A stretch of DNA of 32,000 nt from Halorhodospira halophila SL1 (GTDB lineage: Bacteria; Pseudomonadota; Gammaproteobacteria; Nitrococcales; Halorhodospiraceae): the NCBI RefSeq assembly GCF_000015585.1, contig NC_008789.1:1140001-1172000 (forward strand), read 5' to 3'. Positions 30,503 through 32,000 of this stretch are shown here, piece by piece (position 1 is the stretch's first letter; each line of letters begins with the position of its first letter). The translations under genes were made by a program, and so were the position numbers. Below the pieces are notes generated by a model, which was not told the DNA's origin, searched no databases, and worked only from the letters and a program-made list of their open reading frames with translations.

Positions 30503-31833
30503 TCCGCTGGCGCGACGGACTCACCCAGGTACGACGCTACCCTTCGGCCGTGGTGGGGCTGCTGATCATCGCCATGCTGCTCGCCACCGCGGTCTACGCC
30601 GTCACCGCCATCCCCTACTCCGAGGCGCAGAAGCTCTGGCGCGGCGGCGATGCCTGGCAGGATCTGCCGGTCAACGCCAGCCCGGCATGGACCGATCGGC
30701 TCTTCGGTGGCGAGGCGCCGCGCACCATCACTGCCTCCAGCGACGACGCGCCCACCGAGACCCAGGACCTGGGCGCGGCCCGGCTCGAGACCACCACCCT
30801 CAAGGTGGACTTTCCGTACGACGATTTCCCTTCGGAGATCAACCTGTTCCTCGAGGCGGAGTTCGAGGAGGGCCAGCCCTTTGCACGGGTCTACTGGCGC
30901 ACCCCGGACGGCCAGGAGATCCCCATCGACGCCCGGCGGATCGGCGAGCGGGAACGCTTCTCGATCTCCCAGGACCGGCAGCTGGAAAGCCGGCTGGGCT
31001 TCCCGCCCCAGGTCGGCCTGTTCACCGACGCCGAGCCCGGCACGCCGAACCCGGTGGTGCGCGGCGGCACCTACGAGTTGATCATCGAGACGGTGCACTT
31101 TGAGGAGTTGGCCCGGATGCACGCTGACCTGGTCGTCTACGGGCAGGTCCACGGCGCCTTCGGCACCGACCACCAGCGCCGCGATCTGGCTGTCGCCCTG
31201 CTCTGGGGCACACCGGTGGCGCTGGCCTTTGGGCTGCTGGCCGCCGTCGGCACCACGATCACCACCCTGATCATCGCCGCCACCGGGGTCTGGTACGGCG
31301 GCTGGGTAGACGCCACCATCCAGCGGCTCACCGAGGTGAACATCATCCTGCCGCTGCTGCCCATCCTGGTGATGATCGGCACCCTCTACTCGACCAGCAT
31401 CTGGCTGATGCTCGGCGTGGTGGTGGTGCTGGGCATATTCAGCGCCGGGATCAAGATGTACCGCTCCATGCTCCTGCCCATCCGCCAGGCACCCTACATC
31501 GAGGCAGCCCGCGCTTACGGGGCCAGCGGCGGGCGGATCATCCTGCGCTACATGGTGCCGCGGATCCTGCCGGTACTGATCCCGACCTTCGTGACCCTGA
31601 TCCCCACGTACGTCTTCCTGGAGGCGTCGCTGGCGGTCCTCGGCCTGGGTGACCCGGTGCTACCGACCTGGGGCAAGGTCCTCCACGACGCCCAGGCCCA
31701 GAGCGCGCTCTACCACGGGTTCTACTACTGGGTGCTGTCACCGGCGGCGCTCTTGATGCTGACCGGGCTCGGCTTTGCCATGCTCGGCTTTGCCCTGGAC
31801 CGGATCTTCAACCCGCGGCTGAGGAGCATCTGA
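30499..31833 (+). CDS. ABC transporter permease (DppC/OppC-type) with a long extracytoplasmic insert
   Basis: ATG 30499 overlaps the upstream stop (ATGA); 444 aa. One N-terminal TM helix, a hydrophilic stretch of about 190 aa, then the permease core (YIEAARAYGASGGRIILRYMVPRILP) and C-terminus LDRIFNPRLR. Confidence 0.9.
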   Translation: MIRWRDGLTQVRRYPSAVVGLLIIAMLLATAVYAVTAIPYSEAQKLWRGGDAWQDLPVNASPAWTDRLFGGEAPRTITASSDDAPTETQDLGAARLETTTLKVDFPYDDFPSEINLFLEAEFEEGQPFARVYWRTPDGQEIPIDARRIGERERFSISQDRQLESRLGFPPQVGLFTDAEPGTPNPVVRGGTYELIIETVHFEELARMHADLVVYGQVHGAFGTDHQRRDLAVALLWGTPVALAFGLLAAVGTTITTLIIAATGVWYGGWVDATIQRLTEVNIILPLLPILVMIGTLYSTSIWLMLGVVVVLGIFSAGIKMYRSMLLPIRQAPYIEAARAYGASGGRIILRYMVPRILPVLIPTFVTLIPTYVFLEASLAVLGLGDPVLPTWGKVLHDAQAQSALYHGFYYWVLSPAALLMLTGLGFAMLGFALDRIFNPRLRSI

Positions 31834-32000
31834 TGGCCGGCGCTCCGCTGCTCGAGATCGAGAATCTGCGCCTGGGGTACGCCACCGAGCGCGGCACACT
31901 CTGGGCGGTCGACGGCGTCCACCTTGAGGTGCGCCGCAATGAGGCCCTGGCCATACTCGGCGAATCCGGCTGCGGCAAGAGCTCGCTGGCTCGAACCCTG
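31833..32000 (+). CDS. ABC transporter ATP-binding protein (DppD/OppD-type), 5' partial
   Basis: ATG 31833 overlaps the upstream TGA by 1 nt. LLEIENLRLGY...LAILGESGCGKSSLARTL contains Walker A. The gene runs off the window end. Confidence 0.85.
   Translation, partial: MAGAPLLEIENLRLGYATERGTLWAVDGVHLEVRRNEALAILGESGCGKSSLARTL

Overview
Very GC-rich window; in the confirmed genes almost every third codon position is G/C, so every real gene is shadowed by long spurious alternate-frame ORFs. It reads as core chromosome of a gammaproteobacterium-like organism. A halophile is likely, because the exported proteins are conspicuously D/E-rich and a glycine/sarcosine N-methyltransferase-type gene is present; an Ectothiorhodospiraceae/Halorhodospira-like origin is inference only. 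Gene order: partial CDS; MaoC-like hydratase (-); gltB-gltD-hemE-NUDIX (+); EamA transporter (-); TonB-dependent receptor (-); divergent DUF4139-like exported protein, 1165-aa fused flavo-Fe-S oxidoreductase and DUF2892 mini-membrane protein (+); SDR, ABC-class ATPase and MocR regulator (-); divergent GSMT-like methyltransferase (+) with a clean intrinsic terminator; small glycine-zipper ORF (+); C10/G15 hairpin; prpD-prpC-prpB-acuI (-); AT-rich divergent control region; oversized family-5 ABC peptide-type transporter (SBP, two permeases, partial ATPase; +). I found no tRNA/rRNA, CRISPR array, transposase, integrase or phage genes. The best novelty candidates are (i) the translationally coupled DUF4139 / single-chain NfnB(GltD)-NfnA(PyrK)-like oxidoreductase / DUF2892 module beside a TonB receptor, (ii) the MocR-centred divergon with an apparently partnerless GSMT-like gene and an uncharacterised ABC-class ATPase, and (iii) several unusual non-coding structures (C10/G15 hairpin, GATC-dense tandem repeat, 20-bp palindrome). 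All family assignments rest on motif recognition by eye, not on database searches.
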